Assembly: GCF_008831285.2 (NCBI RefSeq)
Contig: NC_045138.2
Span: forward strand, 12,958,001 to 13,022,000
DNA length: 64,000 bases
Direction of reading: 5' to 3'
DNA from: Nymphaea colorata
Lineage: Eukaryota
Below are positions 61,745 through 64,000 of this stretch, piece by piece. The position numbers were made by a program, and so were the translations under genes. Positions within the stretch are counted from its first letter, which is position 1; every line of letters starts with the position of its first letter. The notes beneath the pieces are model-generated. The model was not told the origin of the DNA. It did no database searches and saw only the letters and a program-made list of their open reading frames with translations.

Positions 61745-64000
61745 TTTTAAACATGGTCTAGACTTGGGTTAATATTAGAAAATTCACATCCACATTCAAA
61801 ATATACATTCGACATCTTAGAGCGGATAAGGTGAGATCTATGTTCCAGCTGGTTGTTCAAAATCTTGAGTCCAACATCCCAGACCGGATCAGGTGAGACC
61901 TCTGATCTTGACCGTTTTTTCGAAATCCCAAATCCAACATCCCAAACCGGATTGGATGAGACCTCTAATCTGTATCATATATATATTGAAAATCTTGAAT
62001 CCAACATCCCAGACCAGATCAGGTGAGACCTCTGATCTCGACCATTGGTCGAAATCCCAAATCCAACATCCCAAACCGGATTGGATGAGACCTCTAATCC
62101 GTATCACATATATAAGTTTAAAATCCAACGTCCTAGACCATTTAAAATCAGACTTGTATTTTAAATCTTAGGATGGAATCCCAAATTCCATTTGGCAAGC
62201 CGGACTAGATCGGACCTCTCATCTATCTCTTATATCAAAATTTCACATCACGTCTCATATATTCGGTCACATGAAACGGATGGGTGGCTTTTTGATTTCC
62301 TGTAAATTCTTTTCACATCCCTTAGGAGTTTTTGAAATCTCTTGAAGAATATTACTTTGTCTATATAGATCATCGAATCTTCTCAATTCCTTGTATTTGA
62401 TTTAAAATATTTCCTAAATGCTTGTCAAATTCTCGAAGTTTTTCAATGCACTTTTCCATTTTGATGTTTGTTGGTTATAGTGGATTGAATGAATTTTTAA
62501 AATGATTTTAAGCGTGGTGTAAAGTAGAGGTTCGAGTTTTAAAGTTCAAAATCCAATCAACTAGACCTCCAATCAGAAGCTTTGGTCTAAATCCTGCATG
62601 CAACATGCTAGACCGGATCAGTGCTGACCTCTGATTCAAACATTAGCTCCGAATCCCTAATTCAACACCTCATACCAGATCAGATTAGACCTCTGATCTA
62701 TTTCTTAGATGCAAACCCTAAATCAAACGTCATAGAACCGATACAAATGGTTTATGAATCTTTGAAATCGTTTCCTGTTTTATAAATCTTTGAAACCACT
62801 CTCTAAGTTTTCCAAAATTTTGTAAATTGACTTCAAATTCTTATTATTGATTTTCTTGGAATTTTCTCAATTTCACCAGAGATCTTCAATTTTTTTGGAT
62901 TTGATTTCGCACTTCTCTTAAATCATTGCTAAATTCTCAAGTTTGTAAATGCACCTTTCAACTTTTAGGTTTCTAAATTCCATTGGATTGTATGTATACT
63001 CAAAGCGATTTTAAACATGGTCTAGACTGGGATAATATTTAAAATTCACATCCACATTAAAAATATACATTCGACATCTTAGAGCGGATAAGGTGAGATC
63101 TATGTTCCAGCTGGTTGTTCAAAATCTTGAGTCCAACATCCCAGACCGGATCAGGTGAGACCTCTGATCTTGACCGTTTTTTCGAAATCCCAAATCCAAC
63201 ATCCAAACCGGATTGGATGAGACCTCTAATCCGTATCATATATATATTGAAAATCTTGAATCCAACATCCCAGACCAGATCAGGTGAGACCTCTGATCTT
63301 GACCATTGGTCGAAATCCCAAATCCAACATCCAAACCGGATTGGATGAGACCTCTAATCCGTATCACATATATAAGTTTAAAATCCAACGTCCTAGACCA
63401 TTTAAAATCAGACTTGTATTTTAAATCTTAGGTGGAATCCCAAATTCCATTTGGCAAGCCGGACTAGATCGGACCTCTCATCTATCTCTTATATCAAAAT
63501 TTCACATCACGTCTCATATATTCGGTCCATGAAACGATGGGTGGCTTTTTATTTCCTGTAAATTCTTTTCACATCCCTTAGGAGTTTTTGAAATCACTTG
63601 AAGAATATTACTTTGTCTATATAGATCATCGAATCTTCTCAATTCCTTGTATTTGATTTAAAATATTTCCTAAATGCTTGTCAAATTCTCAAGTTTTTCA
63701 ATGCACTTTCATTTTGATGTTTGTTGGTTATAGTGGATTGAATGAATTTTTAAAATGATTTTAAGCGTGGTGTAAAGTAGAGGTTCGAGTATTAAAGTTC
63801 AAAATCCAATCAACTAGACCTCCAATCAGAAGCTTCGAACCCTAAATCAAACGTCATAGAACCGATACAAATGGTTTATGAATCTTTGAAATCGTTTCCT
63901 GTTTTATAAATCTTTGAAACCACTCTCTAAGTTTTCCAAAATTTTGTAAATTGACATCAAATTCTTATTATTGATTTTCTTGGAATTTTCTCAATTTCGC
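61745..64000 (+). repeat. ~1264-bp tandem repeat (>=1.9 copies, runs off the window) with an internal ~50/130-bp sub-repeat
   Basis: ttttaaacatggtctagact occurs at 61745 and 63009. The internal motif tccaacatccca[g/a]acc[g/a]gat..g[g/a]tgagacctct[g/a]atc occurs 4 times per unit, plus degenerate copies. Confidence 0.93.

Noticed and set aside
61860..63360. CRISPR-like repeat-spacer array
   Set aside because: Eukaryotic context with no cas genes, and the spacers are themselves repeated rather than unique.

Overview
Plant (angiosperm) nuclear DNA, repeat-rich, with a 100-N scaffold gap at 30289-30388. From left to right: (1) A minus-strand Ty1/copia LTR retrotransposon (5' LTR 3136-3616, two Trp-to-stop lesions) is inserted into the RT/RNase H of a plus-strand copia (3' LTR 4167-4376). 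Both probably lie in a large intron of an alpha/beta-hydrolase gene whose last exon is 6890-7212. (2) An intact 10-exon EMSY-like (ENT + Agenet/Tudor) gene lies on the minus strand at 8491-17713, with MITE-like insertions in its introns. (3) A decayed copia RT relic is interrupted by a Ty3/gypsy chromovirus (Tekay/Del-like; 3026-bp LTR; 20480 to the gap). (4) After the gap come a duplicated, intron-containing TIC110-like gene fragment, a CACTA-like terminus and a 5'UTR-like exon. (5) A ~3.7-copy head-to-tail array of a 4958-bp non-coding unit spans 40008-~58570. (6) A run of smaller tandem duplications with templated filler at their junctions continues to the end. I found no clear novel protein-coding system. 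The most unusual signals are structural: the array and its mosaic SNP pattern, templated repair scars, splice-like architecture in the gypsy LTR and leader, and CAG>TAG-biased decay. Family assignments come from remembered motifs, not database searches.
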